From the IMG/VR virus record IMGVR_UViG_2877958089_000004: a stretch of DNA of 46,766 nucleotides; one strand, 5' to 3'. The translations under genes and the position numbers were made by a program. Of this stretch, positions 31,611 to 40,562 are shown piece by piece. The stretch comes from a virus. Taxonomy: Duplodnaviria > Heunggongvirae > Uroviricota > Caudoviricetes. The notes under the pieces were generated by a model, which was not told the DNA's origin, ran no database searches, and saw only the letters and a list, made by a program, of their open reading frames with translations. Positions within the stretch are counted from its first letter, which is position 1; each line of letters starts with the position of its first letter.

Positions 31611-32222
31611 TTATCTGTTTTTAACACGCTTTCGAGTCCTTTTAGATTTTTCCTTAAGATATTCCGCAAGTTTATCCTCATCATTATTAAATTGAGATAA
31701 AAGCTCATGCTCGCAATTAAGTGCTTTACTCGCATAAGTTCCATATAGTTTCTTTCTTGCTAGTGCTGCTATGAATGCTGCATCTTCTTTGCTATCGAAA
31801 TACCCTAACGATATTGTCTTATTTTTATAACCAACATAAGACTTCCACCTGCCAGTTGGCTTATACCAAGACACTCCAATTGCACCGGATGTGTTTAATC
31901 TATTCCCTACAATGTTTCTTGCATTCTGCTCTTCTGTTGCCAGTCTTAGATTTGAAATCCTATTGTCAAGTCTGTTCCCATTTACATGATCAATAAACTT
32001 AGGAGGCCATTTTTTGTATACATAGAACCAAGCAAGTCTATGCGCATAATACAAAACATTATTTATGCTAATGCATATATAACCACCACTAACACCTCCA
32101 GCAATACTACCTTTTACTCTTACTACTGAATTTGTTTTTAGCCATTTAAATATTCCTGTTTCTGAGTCATATGATAATGTTGACAGAAGCTCATCGTGAT
32201 CAATTAGTTTTTTTATTCGCAT
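31611..32222 (-). CDS. HNH (HNH_3) + AP2-domain homing endonuclease-like protein
   Basis: 203 aa; HNH region (…YAHRLAWFYVYKKWPPKFIDHVNGNRLDNRISNLRLAT…) followed by AP2-like region (GVSWYKPTGRWKSYVGYKNKTISLGYFDSKEDAAFIAALARKKLYG); locally AT-rich. Confidence 0.75.
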   Translation of the reverse strand: MRIKKLIDHDELLSTLSYDSETGIFKWLKTNSVVRVKGSIAGGVSGGYICISINNVLYYAHRLAWFYVYKKWPPKFIDHVNGNRLDNRISNLRLATEEQNARNIVGNRLNTSGAIGVSWYKPTGRWKSYVGYKNKTISLGYFDSKEDAAFIAALARKKLYGTYASKALNCEHELLSQFNNDEDKLAEYLKEKSKRTRKRVKNR

Positions 32223-32300
32223 AAAGAATATAATTAATAATATATACAGTAAGAACCATTAGTAACGATAACCCTGCTATTAGCTCAGTGACGTAGATGG

Positions 32301-33677
32301 TCATACGTCCGCCCCTTGTGCATATCGTCTGCCACGCGCAGCAGGTGCATTTGATGCTGTGCAAATCTGTCTGGCTTCATCCTGGTCACATGCAACAAAG
32401 TGTCCGTTGCAGAACCGCTGGTAAACCGTACCAAGCGAGCCAAAACGGTTTTTCGTCACGATGATTTCAGCAAATGGCGCGGCGCTACTGTTCTCGTCAT
32501 ATACCGCTTCCCGATAGAGCATGATGATTGAGTCTGCGTCCTGTTCAATGCTTCCTGAATCACGCAAATCTGCGTTTGTCGGGCGTTTGTTTGGTCGCTT
32601 CTCAACATCGCGCGAAAGCTGACTTAGGGAGATAACAGGCGTTTTCAGGTCTTTCGCCATCGCCTTCAGGCTTCCGGAGATGTGAGCAATTGCTAGGTCG
32701 TTGCGGTCTGCTTTCGGCTTCTCAATCAGGCCAAGATAATCCGCCATGATGAGTGACAGGTTTGGATTTTCCTGTTTGTGCCGTTCTGCGATTGAGCGTA
32801 TTTCTTCGACCGATAACCGCGAGGCATCGACCACCCATACATCCAAATCTGCAAGCTGACTCATGCCGTTAGCAACGCGCGCCCAGCCTTCGTCATCCAT
32901 CGATGCAGGATTTCGCAGTACGCTAACCGACATCCTCCCGGCGTTGGCAATGCTTCGCTCTGCAATCTGCAATGCGCTCATTTCCATTGAGAAAATCAAT
33001 ACCCCGCGCCGGACGTCAGAACCAGGAATAACGCGGCTTGCAACGCCTTCGGCAATCTTCAGCGCCAGTTCGGTTTTCCCCATACCAGGACGAGCGGCGA
33101 TAATCACCAGGTCTTCCGCGTTCATCCCTCCGGTGATGGCATCAAGTTCTTCGATTCCGGTCTTCAGGGTATCGGACTCTTCTCCGTTCCTCAGACGCCT
33201 GTCAAGCGTGTCAGTGTAGTCAGTGATGATTTCCCCTAACCGTACCGGTTTAACCTCGTCACGGGGCTTTCTGATGGCTGAGAGACGCTTTACAAGCTCA
33301 TCCATCGCCTGACTCGATGCGTCGATGGTTCCGCTCTGAATTGGTTCACGCATTTCATCCATGATTTCCAGCACCAGACGGCGGTGATAGTTATCCGCGA
33401 CCATTCCGGCATATCCCTTCAGGTTTGCGGCGCTCGGGCAGTTTTTGCTGGTCATCAGGATTGACGTGAAATGCTCCTCTCCGCACGCCTCGGCAACCAT
33501 CATCGCGTCGATTAGTTTTCTGTTTCGCGCCTGCTTGCGGATAACCTCGAAGGCTTTCCGGTAGAGCGGAATTGAAAACGCTTCCGGCTCAAGCGTTGCC
33601 AGAACGTCACTGGCAGTTGGTGTTAATCCACCAATCAGCAGGCCACCGATAACGCTCGCTTCGATATCCTGTCTCAT
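32301..33677 (-). CDS. Replicative DNA helicase (DnaB family; P22 gene 12-like)
   Basis: 458 aa; Walker A ([17 protein letters not shown]) and DnaB-type C-terminal region; follows the O-like initiator. Confidence 0.9.
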   Translation of the reverse strand: MRQDIEASVIGGLLIGGLTPTASDVLATLEPEAFSIPLYRKAFEVIRKQARNRKLIDAMMVAEACGEEHFTSILMTSKNCPSAANLKGYAGMVADNYHRRLVLEIMDEMREPIQSGTIDASSQAMDELVKRLSAIRKPRDEVKPVRLGEIITDYTDTLDRRLRNGEESDTLKTGIEELDAITGGMNAEDLVIIAARPGMGKTELALKIAEGVASRVIPGSDVRRGVLIFSMEMSALQIAERSIANAGRMSVSVLRNPASMDDEGWARVANGMSQLADLDVWVVDASRLSVEEIRSIAERHKQENPNLSLIMADYLGLIEKPKADRNDLAIAHISGSLKAMAKDLKTPVISLSQLSRDVEKRPNKRPTNADLRDSGSIEQDADSIIMLYREAVYDENSSAAPFAEIIVTKNRFGSLGTVYQRFCNGHFVACDQDEARQICTASNAPAARGRRYAQGADV

Positions 33678-34621
33678 GCAATACCCCTGTCTGCAAACTT
33701 CCCTTCCCGTACTCCAGTTAACGAATCTTCCCTCAGCAGGTAATCAAAATCAGCTGTCCAGCCCGTGTCGTTGTCTCCGAAGTAAAACGGCTTGGCCTGA
33801 TGCACAAACGCCCTGACATACGCTCTGAAACCGTCCACGTTTGGCGTTTTCAGTTGCGGGATGATTTTCTTCAGGCGGCGTTTGCGTTTCTCGTTGACCG
33901 CAACAGCGTGTGGCAGTCTGTCACCGACTTCGGTGTTGTAGGCGTTCAGGAAGGATTCGTAGTCGATTCGTTCTGCCTTGCGACGTTCAGGTTTAACCTG
34001 CCCATCGCCTCCCCCATTGGGGGGTAGGGGGGTATTATTTATATTCTTGTTAATACCTTCTTGTTCATGATGTGCGGTTGTTTGTGCGGCTTCATGTGCG
34101 CTTTCATGTGCGGCATGTGCGCTGAAAGCCGCGCCATTACTGGCTTCGCCATGTGCGGCATCATGTGCGGTTGTTTGTGCGGCTTCATGTGCGGGTAAAT
34201 TGTCCATTTTTTGAGCATATTCATGGTAATTTGTGATGGTTATCACACGACCTTTTTGCTTCTCTCCATCAATGGAGATCATCCCCTCTTTCACAAAAAC
34301 CTGAAGCATCCGCTCAACCTGATCACGGCTTGCTGGCTTGCCATGTCTGTCGCATAACTGAAGACCTAAATCAGCTGCTGTCACAACCAGTTGACCGGGT
34401 TGCAGATGCCATTCATGACCTTTGAAATTCGCTTTGTATGGCTTTCTGGCGGCATTCAGGAGAAGGTTTTCCCACAGGGTGCGAAGATAAACATCTTTCG
34501 CCCATGACTGTTTCAGAATGCTCCGGTACAACGGAATGTAACCAGTTTTCTGGTTCTCCATCCTGTTGCTCCTGCGCTCGTGTGCGGCGCTGAAATCGTA
34601 GATTTTTGCTGTATTGCTCAT
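33674..34621 (-). CDS. Replication initiation protein (lambda O-like N-terminus)
   Basis: 315 aa; N-terminus [10 protein letters not shown] resembles lambda O MTNTAKILNF; the gene contains an iteron array (ori). Confidence 0.8.
   Translation of the reverse strand: MSNTAKIYDFSAAHERRSNRMENQKTGYIPLYRSILKQSWAKDVYLRTLWENLLLNAARKPYKANFKGHEWHLQPGQLVVTAADLGLQLCDRHGKPASRDQVERMLQVFVKEGMISIDGEKQKGRVITITNYHEYAQKMDNLPAHEAAQTTAHDAAHGEASNGAAFSAHAAHESAHEAAQTTAHHEQEGINKNINNTPLPPNGGGDGQVKPERRKAERIDYESFLNAYNTEVGDRLPHAVAVNEKRKRRLKKIIPQLKTPNVDGFRAYVRAFVHQAKPFYFGDNDTGWTADFDYLLREDSLTGVREGKFADRGIA
34066..34194. repeat. Putative replication origin iterons inside the O-like gene
   Basis: 30-nt exact direct repeat TGTGCGGTTGTTTGTGCGGCTTCATGTGCG at 34071-34100 and 34165-34194, plus several shorter ATGTGCGG copies between them. 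Confidence 0.7.
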
Positions 34622-34623
34622 AA

Positions 34624-34896
34624 CTACCTGCCTTGACGAAAGACCTTAAGAACATCGTTAAACTGACTTACGGATATGTCTTCTTTGAGCAGCTTTTCCA
34701 GAAATGCGTTTGGAATGAACGTATATCCCTCCTCTTTTGGTAGAGACGGGAGCAACGCCCTAGCCTCAGCCTTCAGAAGCTCAGTTCTGGCAACTTTCAC
34801 AAAAGAGATTTGAGTTCTTTCATCAATGGAACGAAGGAAGCGCAAACGCTTGGCTTCTTTGTGTGTATCAGGTGGATTAAAGCCTTTGTTTCGCAT
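34624..34896 (-). CDS. Hypothetical protein between cII and the replication gene
   Basis: 90-aa ORF from MRNKGFNPPDTHKEAKRL... with GAGG RBS; the longer 181-aa frame overlaps cII and is rejected. Confidence 0.45.
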   Translation of the reverse strand: MRNKGFNPPDTHKEAKRLRFLRSIDERTQISFVKVARTELLKAEARALLPSLPKEEGYTFIPNAFLEKLLKEDISVSQFNDVLKVFRQGR

Positions 34897-34918
34897 ATAA
34901 TTACCTCGTTGGATGTTA

Positions 34919-35212
34919 TTAAAATTCCATCTGGATTTGTTCAGAACGCTCGGTTGCCGCCGGGCGTTTTTTATTGGTGAGAATCGAAGCAACTTGTCGT
35001 GCCAATCGAGCCATGTCGTCGTCGACGACACCCCATTCAAGAACAGCAAGCAGCATTGAGAACTTTGGAATCCAGTCCCTCTTCCACCTGCTGATCTGCG
35101 ACTTATCAACTCCCACAGCTTCCGCTGTCTTCTCAGTTCCAAGCATTGCGATTTTGTTAAGCAACGCACTCTCGATTCTTAGAGCCTCGTTGCGTTTGTT
35201 TGCACGAACCAT
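34919..35212 (-). CDS. cII: Transcriptional activator CII
   Basis: 97 aa, MVRANKRNEALRIESALLNKIAMLGTEKTAEAVGVDKSQISRWKRDWIPKF... essentially matches lambda CII; the upstream in-frame extension to 35299 is rejected. Confidence 0.95.
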   Translation of the reverse strand: MVRANKRNEALRIESALLNKIAMLGTEKTAEAVGVDKSQISRWKRDWIPKFSMLLAVLEWGVVDDDMARLARQVASILTNKKRPAATERSEQIQMEF

Positions 35213-35270
35213 ATGTAAGTATTTCCTTAACAAATAAGAAGTTATGCGCATCAACTTATGCGCGTTGTAT

Positions 35271-35314
35271 TCCCGCATTTCGGCGGGAATGAGGACCATG
35301 ACTGTTAAAGAGCG
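35271..35314 (-). promoter_or_regulatory. nutR-like site (boxA CGCTCTTTA plus boxB hairpin)
   Basis: On the minus-strand transcript: CGCTCTTTA, a 17-nt spacer, then hairpin UCCCGC-CGAAAU-GCGGGA; located between cro and cII. Confidence 0.65.
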
Positions 35315-35320
35315 GTGTTA

Positions 35321-35521
35321 CTATTTGTTTTTCTTGTTGCTTGGGAAAGGACGAACTTCCTCTCCAATCACACTGCCATCAGGCTTTACCGTAACCATAA
35401 TGTTACGGCCTGCCAGAATGGCCTTGCTGATAGCGCACTGGATTACACCAAAGTCACTGGCTGCTTTAGCCTGTCCATGGATTTTGGCGTAATCGGCAAG
35501 TGTCATTCGAATCATATGCAC
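35321..35521 (-). CDS. cro: Cro repressor
   Basis: 66 aa; ITLKDYA...QTKTAKDLGV.QSAINKAI.AGR...DGSV..EEV.PFPSNKK pattern of lambda Cro. Confidence 0.9.
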   Translation of the reverse strand: MHMIRMTLADYAKIHGQAKAASDFGVIQCAISKAILAGRNIMVTVKPDGSVIGEEVRPFPSNKKNK

Positions 35522-35546
35522 TCTCCGTTATTAACCATGAACAAAG

Positions 35547-35610
35547 AATACTACAGGTATTCAAAGCAATCAATACTCAGGGTATTTTTAGTTTAAGTAC
35601 CTTAGCTATT
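35547..35610. promoter_or_regulatory. OR operator cluster with divergent PR/PRM promoters
   Basis: Two 15-bp sites of form AATAC-N5-GTATT (AATACTACAGGTATT at 35547-35561; AATACTCAGGGTATT at 35572-35586), 25-bp spacing, plus a weaker third (35596-35610), between divergent cro and cI. Confidence 0.65.
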
Positions 35611-35621
35611 AGAATTAAGCT

Positions 35622-36338
35622 ATGGAAAATAAAAAATCACTGACGACAGAACAGCTCGAAGACGCTAAGCGGCTTAAGGCTTTGTATGAGTCAAAAAAGA
35701 AAGAATTGGGAATAACCCAATACTCAATCGCTGATGAACTGGGTATCACCCAAGGAGCGGTAGGGCATTATCTTAATGGCAGAAACGCGCTAAACGTTGA
35801 GGTCGCATCTGGTTTTGCACGTTTGTTGCAAGTCTCAATTGCTGATTTTAGCCAGTCAATTGCTGCCAAGGTTGCAGAACAGGCAGAAAGCCTTAAGAGC
35901 GATGCCAACGTAAGGTATGCAGGGGAATACAGAGCAGGAAAGAGGTATCCGGTGTTAAGCAGTATCCAGGCTGGCTCGTGGTGTGAAGCATGCGAACCAT
36001 ACACCATTAAAGACATAGATGTTTGGCTTGAGTCTGACGCGCATATTCAAGGCAATGCGTTCTGGCTTAAAGTGGAAGGTGATTCAATGACGGCACCGGT
36101 TGGGTTAAGCATTCCAGAGGGAACATTTGTTCTTTTCGATACCGGAAGGGAGGCGATCAACGGCAGCCTGGTCATAGCAAAACTTTCTGACTCTAACGAA
36201 GCAACATTCAAGAAGCTGATAATCGACGGCGGAAATAAATACCTCAAGGGACTTAACCCTGCATGGCCTCTCGTGCCAATCAATGGAAACTGCAAGATTA
36301 TAGGCGTTGCAATTGAGACAAAACTAAGGCTGGTTTGA
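35622..36338 (+). CDS. cI: CI-type prophage repressor (HTH + S24 LexA-like autopeptidase)
   Basis: 238 aa; N-terminal HTH (…ITQYSIADELGITQGAVGHYLNGR…), C-terminal S24 domain with Ser (…VEGDSMTAP…) and Lys (…ATFKKL…). Confidence 0.9.
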   Translation: MENKKSLTTEQLEDAKRLKALYESKKKELGITQYSIADELGITQGAVGHYLNGRNALNVEVASGFARLLQVSIADFSQSIAAKVAEQAESLKSDANVRYAGEYRAGKRYPVLSSIQAGSWCEACEPYTIKDIDVWLESDAHIQGNAFWLKVEGDSMTAPVGLSIPEGTFVLFDTGREAINGSLVIAKLSDSNEATFKKLIIDGGNKYLKGLNPAWPLVPINGNCKIIGVAIETKLRLV

Positions 36339-36357
36339 TCACGCAAGGGGGACGCTT

Positions 36358-36726
36358 ATGGTTGGAACCGCTATAGCAAGCTTTTTTGGGATGTTGGCAA
36401 TCTCAACAATTTACGGCTTAGCGCATGCTTTTATTGCGAAATCTCTATCAGAAAAAATAAGCCAGGCTTGGGCGCATAGATCAGCTCGTTTCATGATTCT
36501 AGTGGTCATAGCAATACAAGGGATATCTGCATTTATCCTCTATGGATCAAGCTTATACCTGTTGTATCAAGGCGCGACATTTACGCCTTACACCAGTGAT
36601 TACGGAACTCTATACGATGGTAGTGAAGACATCTCTATGGCTTGGATCGTCTTTGGTTTATCTATGGCCGTGTCTGTTGTAGCAGACATCATTAAGGTAA
36701 TTCTCGTCTTAACCTTCGCTGACTAA
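36358..36726 (+). CDS. Small polytopic membrane protein immediately downstream of cI
   Basis: 122 aa, 3-4 predicted TM helices; starts 19 bp after the cI stop on the same strand, upstream of the OL/PL operators. Confidence 0.5.
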   Translation: MVGTAIASFFGMLAISTIYGLAHAFIAKSLSEKISQAWAHRSARFMILVVIAIQGISAFILYGSSLYLLYQGATFTPYTSDYGTLYDGSEDISMAWIVFGLSMAVSVVADIIKVILVLTFAD

Positions 36727-36857
36727 ACCATAATCCCGGCAGCAATAGCTATCGGGATCCACTTCACATATCCCGCATAAAAATCACTGAACAAGCAGAC
36801 AGCGAAAAAATAAATATCCTTTGTATTCATTTGTTTATCATTATTTCATCAAAAATA

Positions 36858-36897
36858 AATACCTTGGGTATTTACACAATAAAATACCTACAGTATT
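36858..36897. promoter_or_regulatory. OL operator pair with PL promoter region
   Basis: AATACCTTGGGTATT (36858-36872) and AATACCTACAGTATT (36883-36897): same 15-bp motif and 25-bp spacing as OR. Confidence 0.6.
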
Positions 36898-36944
36898 CTT
36901 TAGCCATCAGCATGACGCTGGTAGCCAAACGGAACAGGTTGGCA

Positions 36945-36986
36945 GGCTCTTTAACAGTGATGGGATTGTCCCGCCGAAATGCGGGA
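36945..36986 (+). promoter_or_regulatory. nutL-like site (boxA GGCTCTTTA plus boxB hairpin)
   Basis: boxA-like GGCTCTTTA at 36945-36953 followed 15 nt later by TCCCGCCGAAATGCGGGA, identical to the boxB of nutR on its own transcript. Confidence 0.6.
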
Positions 36987-37386
36987 ACCAAAGAGTAGTT
37001 GGCTTTGGGATTGGATGAATGAGCAGGCTGATGCTCGACCAATGTATAAACAGCGCTCATGGCAAGCAGTAACCAATCTGCGCCTCAAGACAGCGTCACT
37101 GGTAGTGCGGGCGCTCTAACCAGTAAGCCGGAGTTCAGCACCGGCCATCCAATCGCCAAAGTCAATTCCATAGGCGTTATGCAGCCGCCACCATATTCAA
37201 GAAAGCTGCACAAGAGGTAGGAGGATTTATGTGAATACTTACATTCAGTTGAGAGATTAATTAAATAGAACTGATCGAGCAGAGTCCATGAAGGCTCATA
37301 AATGCTCTTCCATCCCCGTCTAATTGGCGGGGAAGGAAACCACTTTGTAATAAAAAAATTCCAAAGTTGTTTCATCGGAGGTCAAC

Positions 37387-37692
37387 ATGACAGTAGTCAT
37401 TACATATCTGGCTGACGATAACGCCAGAAATCGCCGCAGAGCACGCAGACAGGCTCAACGTGAACAGGCAATGCAAGAACAGCGACTGGCGCGAAAAATT
37501 GCGCTAAAGCTCTCTGGTTGCGTCAGAGCAGATAAAGCAGCATCACTCGGAAGCCTTCGCTGCAAGAAGGAAGAAGAAGTCGAGAGCAAACAGAACCGTA
37601 TTTACTACCGCAAGCCACGCAGTGAAATGGGTGTGACTTGCTCGGGCCGCCAGAAGCAACGCGGAAAATCAATTCCAGCTTATTACGATTGA
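37387..37692 (+). CDS. N: N-like transcription antitermination protein
   Basis: 101 aa; Arg-rich N-terminus (NARNRRRARRQAQREQ) and C-terminal …GVTCSGRQKQRGKSIP resembling lambda N …GITCSGRQKIKGKSIP. Confidence 0.75.
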   Translation: MTVVITYLADDNARNRRRARRQAQREQAMQEQRLARKIALKLSGCVRADKAASLGSLRCKKEEEVESKQNRIYYRKPRSEMGVTCSGRQKQRGKSIPAYYD

Positions 37693-37700
37693 GGTGAGAT

Positions 37701-38150
37701 ATGGAAGAACAAGCAAACAAGATTCTCGTAGAACTACTGCAAAAAGCCAGCAATGGAATAGACGCGGCTGTTTCATTCAGCCAAGCGCAGATTCCTGATG
37801 TTGTTCATCAGTTGCTGCTATGGAATATGGTTGACAGTCTGATTAAAACATTAATAGCCATTCTAACAATCCCACTGGTTTTCTGGTTTATGAAGAAGCA
37901 GTGCCAAAGAGTTGAGACAGGTAAAATCGGTGATGAAGGATACTCATGGGAGAGGGGAAATCCCAAATACAGGCCGACAATGGTTTGGGATAGCAAAGGA
38001 GATATTAACCTTCTTATCATGCCATTGGTTGGAGTTTTGACTCTGTGGGGGATTTTTATTATTGGTGTAGTAACCAATATGACTTGGTTAAAAATTTGGC
38101 TGGCCCCAAAACTTTACCTTATCGAATATGTAGCATCATTGGTTAAGTAA
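37701..38150 (+). CDS. Membrane protein downstream of N
   Basis: 149 aa with two strongly hydrophobic segments (LIKTLIAILTIPLVFWFM; LLIMPLVGVLTLWGIFIIGVV); GAGGTGAG RBS; first gene after N. Confidence 0.5.
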   Translation: MEEQANKILVELLQKASNGIDAAVSFSQAQIPDVVHQLLLWNMVDSLIKTLIAILTIPLVFWFMKKQCQRVETGKIGDEGYSWERGNPKYRPTMVWDSKGDINLLIMPLVGVLTLWGIFIIGVVTNMTWLKIWLAPKLYLIEYVASLVK

Positions 38151-38338
38151 TTTCAGGCCGCATAACCGTCCTTTATTTTTGGCATAAACAACAGAATAAA
38201 CATAGCACTGTGTATTCATTCCAACGAGTGAATACACGGAGCAATGTCGCTCGTAACTAAACAGGAGCCGACTTGTTCTGATTATTGGAAATCTTCTTTG
38301 CCCTCCAGTGTGAGGGCAATTTTTTTGATGGAGGATAT

Positions 38339-39307
38339 ATGAGTGAAGTAACAGATTTAGTTGTTATTGAAAAAGCAAATGCAATGACTGTATTTCAGTC
38401 TGCCGACCAGATTGAAGAAATCCTTCAAAAGGTTGAACGTGAAGTTATGTCCTTTGTGCCTGATATCACAACGGCAAAGGGCAGAAAGGAGATCGCTTCT
38501 CTGGCGTATAAAGTTGCGCAGACGAAAACATATCTCGATGGTCTTGGCAAAGACCTTGTTGCTGAACTGAAGGAAATTCCAAAGCTAATTGATGCTAACC
38601 GCAAGACAGTGCGTGATCGCCTTGATGAGCTGAAAGCCAAGGCGCGCCAGCCTCTTACTGATTATGAGGAAGAACAGGCGCGGATTAAAGCCGAAGAAGA
38701 AGCTAAGGCAGCAGCTGAAGCTCTCGCAAAGCAAATTGAGTCTGACCATGAAATAGCTATTTTGATGGATCGCGAATTTGACCGCCAAAGAGAAGAGGCA
38801 AGACTCAAAGCGGAGCAGGAAAAGCGAGAGCATGAAGAACGATTAAAAAGAGAAGCTGAAGAGAAAGCCAGAGCAGAAGCCGAAGCAAAGGCAAAAGCCG
38901 AAATTGAAGCAGCAGCAAGGCGAGAAGCAGAAGCTAAGGCCGCAGCGGAACGTGCAGAGCGTGAACGCATTGAAGCCGAGCAACGAGCACAGCGCGAAGC
39001 AAAAGAGGCAGCAGAACGAGCTGAAAGAGAGAAGCAGGCAGCAATTGAAGCAGAACGCAGAAAAGCACAGGAGGAGGCTGAACGAATCCGTCGCGAGGCT
39101 GAAGCAAAAGAGCAAGCCAGAATAGCAGAAGAAAAAAGAATCAAGGACGAAGAAGAGCGTAGAGCAAAGGATAAAGCTCACCGGAAAGAAGTAAATAACA
39201 AAATACTTGCTGACCTTATCAAGGTTGGCGCATCAGAAGATGTTGCTAAAAATATCATAACAGCCATCGTAAAAGGCGAAGTATTCGCAACAAAAATAAC
39301 CTACTAA
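38339..39307 (+). CDS. Hypothetical protein with long charged coiled-coil region
   Basis: 322 aa from MSEVTDLVVIEK... (GGAGG RBS); central ~150 aa of E/A/K/R-rich repeats; the upstream in-frame ATG at 38285 is rejected. Confidence 0.55.
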   Translation: MSEVTDLVVIEKANAMTVFQSADQIEEILQKVEREVMSFVPDITTAKGRKEIASLAYKVAQTKTYLDGLGKDLVAELKEIPKLIDANRKTVRDRLDELKAKARQPLTDYEEEQARIKAEEEAKAAAEALAKQIESDHEIAILMDREFDRQREEARLKAEQEKREHEERLKREAEEKARAEAEAKAKAEIEAAARREAEAKAAAERAERERIEAEQRAQREAKEAAERAEREKQAAIEAERRKAQEEAERIRREAEAKEQARIAEEKRIKDEEERRAKDKAHRKEVNNKILADLIKVGASEDVAKNIITAIVKGEVFATKITY

Positions 39308-39854
39308 TAAAACCAACATAAGGAACCACCCATGATTTACGCAATCGCGGGAGGCGCTCGCATGGGTGCCTTCCAACTAAATGAATCTTTACTTGAACGA
39401 ATCACCCGTAAATTACGTGACGGATGGAAAAGAGTTGAGGTCTTATTATGCGCAATGAAATAGCCATCAATCACCAGATGCTTCGTGCAGCACAAAACAA
39501 AGCAGTAATAGCCCGATTTATTGGTGATTCAAAAATGTGGCTTGAAGCAAATAAAGCGATGAAATCAGCTATCAACCTTCCGTGGTATCGCAGGAAATGA
39601 GTTTTACAGATAACTGGTCAGACGAAGAATTCATTCGTCAGATGAAAGAATTAATCGGTAACGAAGGAGATATTCATGTCACTTGCAACCACAGTGAAGG
39701 AGAGCAAGTTACAGAGACGCATGTACACGCAGAAAGCTCTCTGGTATCGCCATAATGGTGACCGCGAAGGAATGCGGGTATGCCTTAATTTGTCCCGAGT
39801 CGAAGTATTAAATCAGCGTTATTTCCTTGGGCCGTGTCCATTCTGAGGTGAATT

Positions 39855-40562
39855 ATGGATTTGAATAAATTCGATGAGCCATTCAGCCCTGAAGATATCG
39901 AATGGCGAATACAGCAAAGCGGTAAAACACGCGATGGCAAAGTGTGGGCTATGGTGCTGGCTTATGTCACGAACCGGGCAATCATGAAACGCCTGGACGA
40001 TGTTTGCGGCAAAGCAGGATGGCGCAATGAATACCGCGATATTCCCAACAACGGCGGCGTTGAATGCGGCATATCAATAAAGATTGATTCCGAATGGGTA
40101 ACCAAATGGGATGCTGCTGAAAACACGCAGGTAGAAGCCGTCAAAGGTGGTCGTTCCGGTGCAATGAAGCGCGCTGCCGTTCAGTGGGGAATCGGTCGGT
40201 ATCTGTATAACCTTGAGGAAGGTTTCGCACAAACATCTCTCGATAAAAAGCAGGGGTGGCACAGGGCAAAACTGAAGGATGGAACAGGATTTTACTGGCT
40301 CCCTCCATCACTGCCGGGATGGGCAATCCCAGCATCAGATAACAAACCATCACCAGAAAATACCAACCAGAAATCTCCATCGGTTGACTGCGAACAAATC
40401 CTGAAAGACTTCAGCGATTATGCGTCAACAGAAACTGACAAGAAAAAACTCATCGAGCGTTATCAGCGTGACTGGCAATTAATGGCTGGAAACGAGGAGG
40501 CGCAGGCTAAATGCGTTCAGGTAATGAGCATCAGAGTTAACGAGCTAAAACAGGCGGCATAA
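39855..40562 (+). CDS. Rad52/Sak-family single-strand annealing protein
   Basis: 235 aa; …RLDDVCGKAGWRNEYRDI…AMKRAAVQWGIGRYLYNL… pattern typical of Rad52/22 family; immediately followed by ssb. Confidence 0.7.
   Translation: MDLNKFDEPFSPEDIEWRIQQSGKTRDGKVWAMVLAYVTNRAIMKRLDDVCGKAGWRNEYRDIPNNGGVECGISIKIDSEWVTKWDAAENTQVEAVKGGRSGAMKRAAVQWGIGRYLYNLEEGFAQTSLDKKQGWHRAKLKDGTGFYWLPPSLPGWAIPASDNKPSPENTNQKSPSVDCEQILKDFSDYASTETDKKKLIERYQRDWQLMAGNEEAQAKCVQVMSIRVNELKQAA

Noticed and set aside
34624-35169. 181-aa ORF overlapping cII
   Set aside because: Its upstream two thirds overlap the cII gene in another frame; only the downstream 90-aa portion with its own RBS is kept.
36821-37375. ORFs of 65, 62 and 96 aa in the OL/PL-nutL-N leader
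   Set aside because: They overlap operator and nut elements, lack RBSs and have low-complexity translations; probably non-coding.
38425-39181. Minus-strand ORFs of 71, 82, 160 and 112 aa antisense to the coiled-coil gene
   Set aside because: Their Ser/Ala/Cys/Phe-rich translations are a by-product of the GAA/GCA-rich repeats on the coding strand.
39332-39846. Several overlapping ORFs of 40-56 aa between the coiled-coil gene and the Rad52-like gene
   Set aside because: Some are probably real small early proteins, but starts and frames cannot be resolved from sequence alone.
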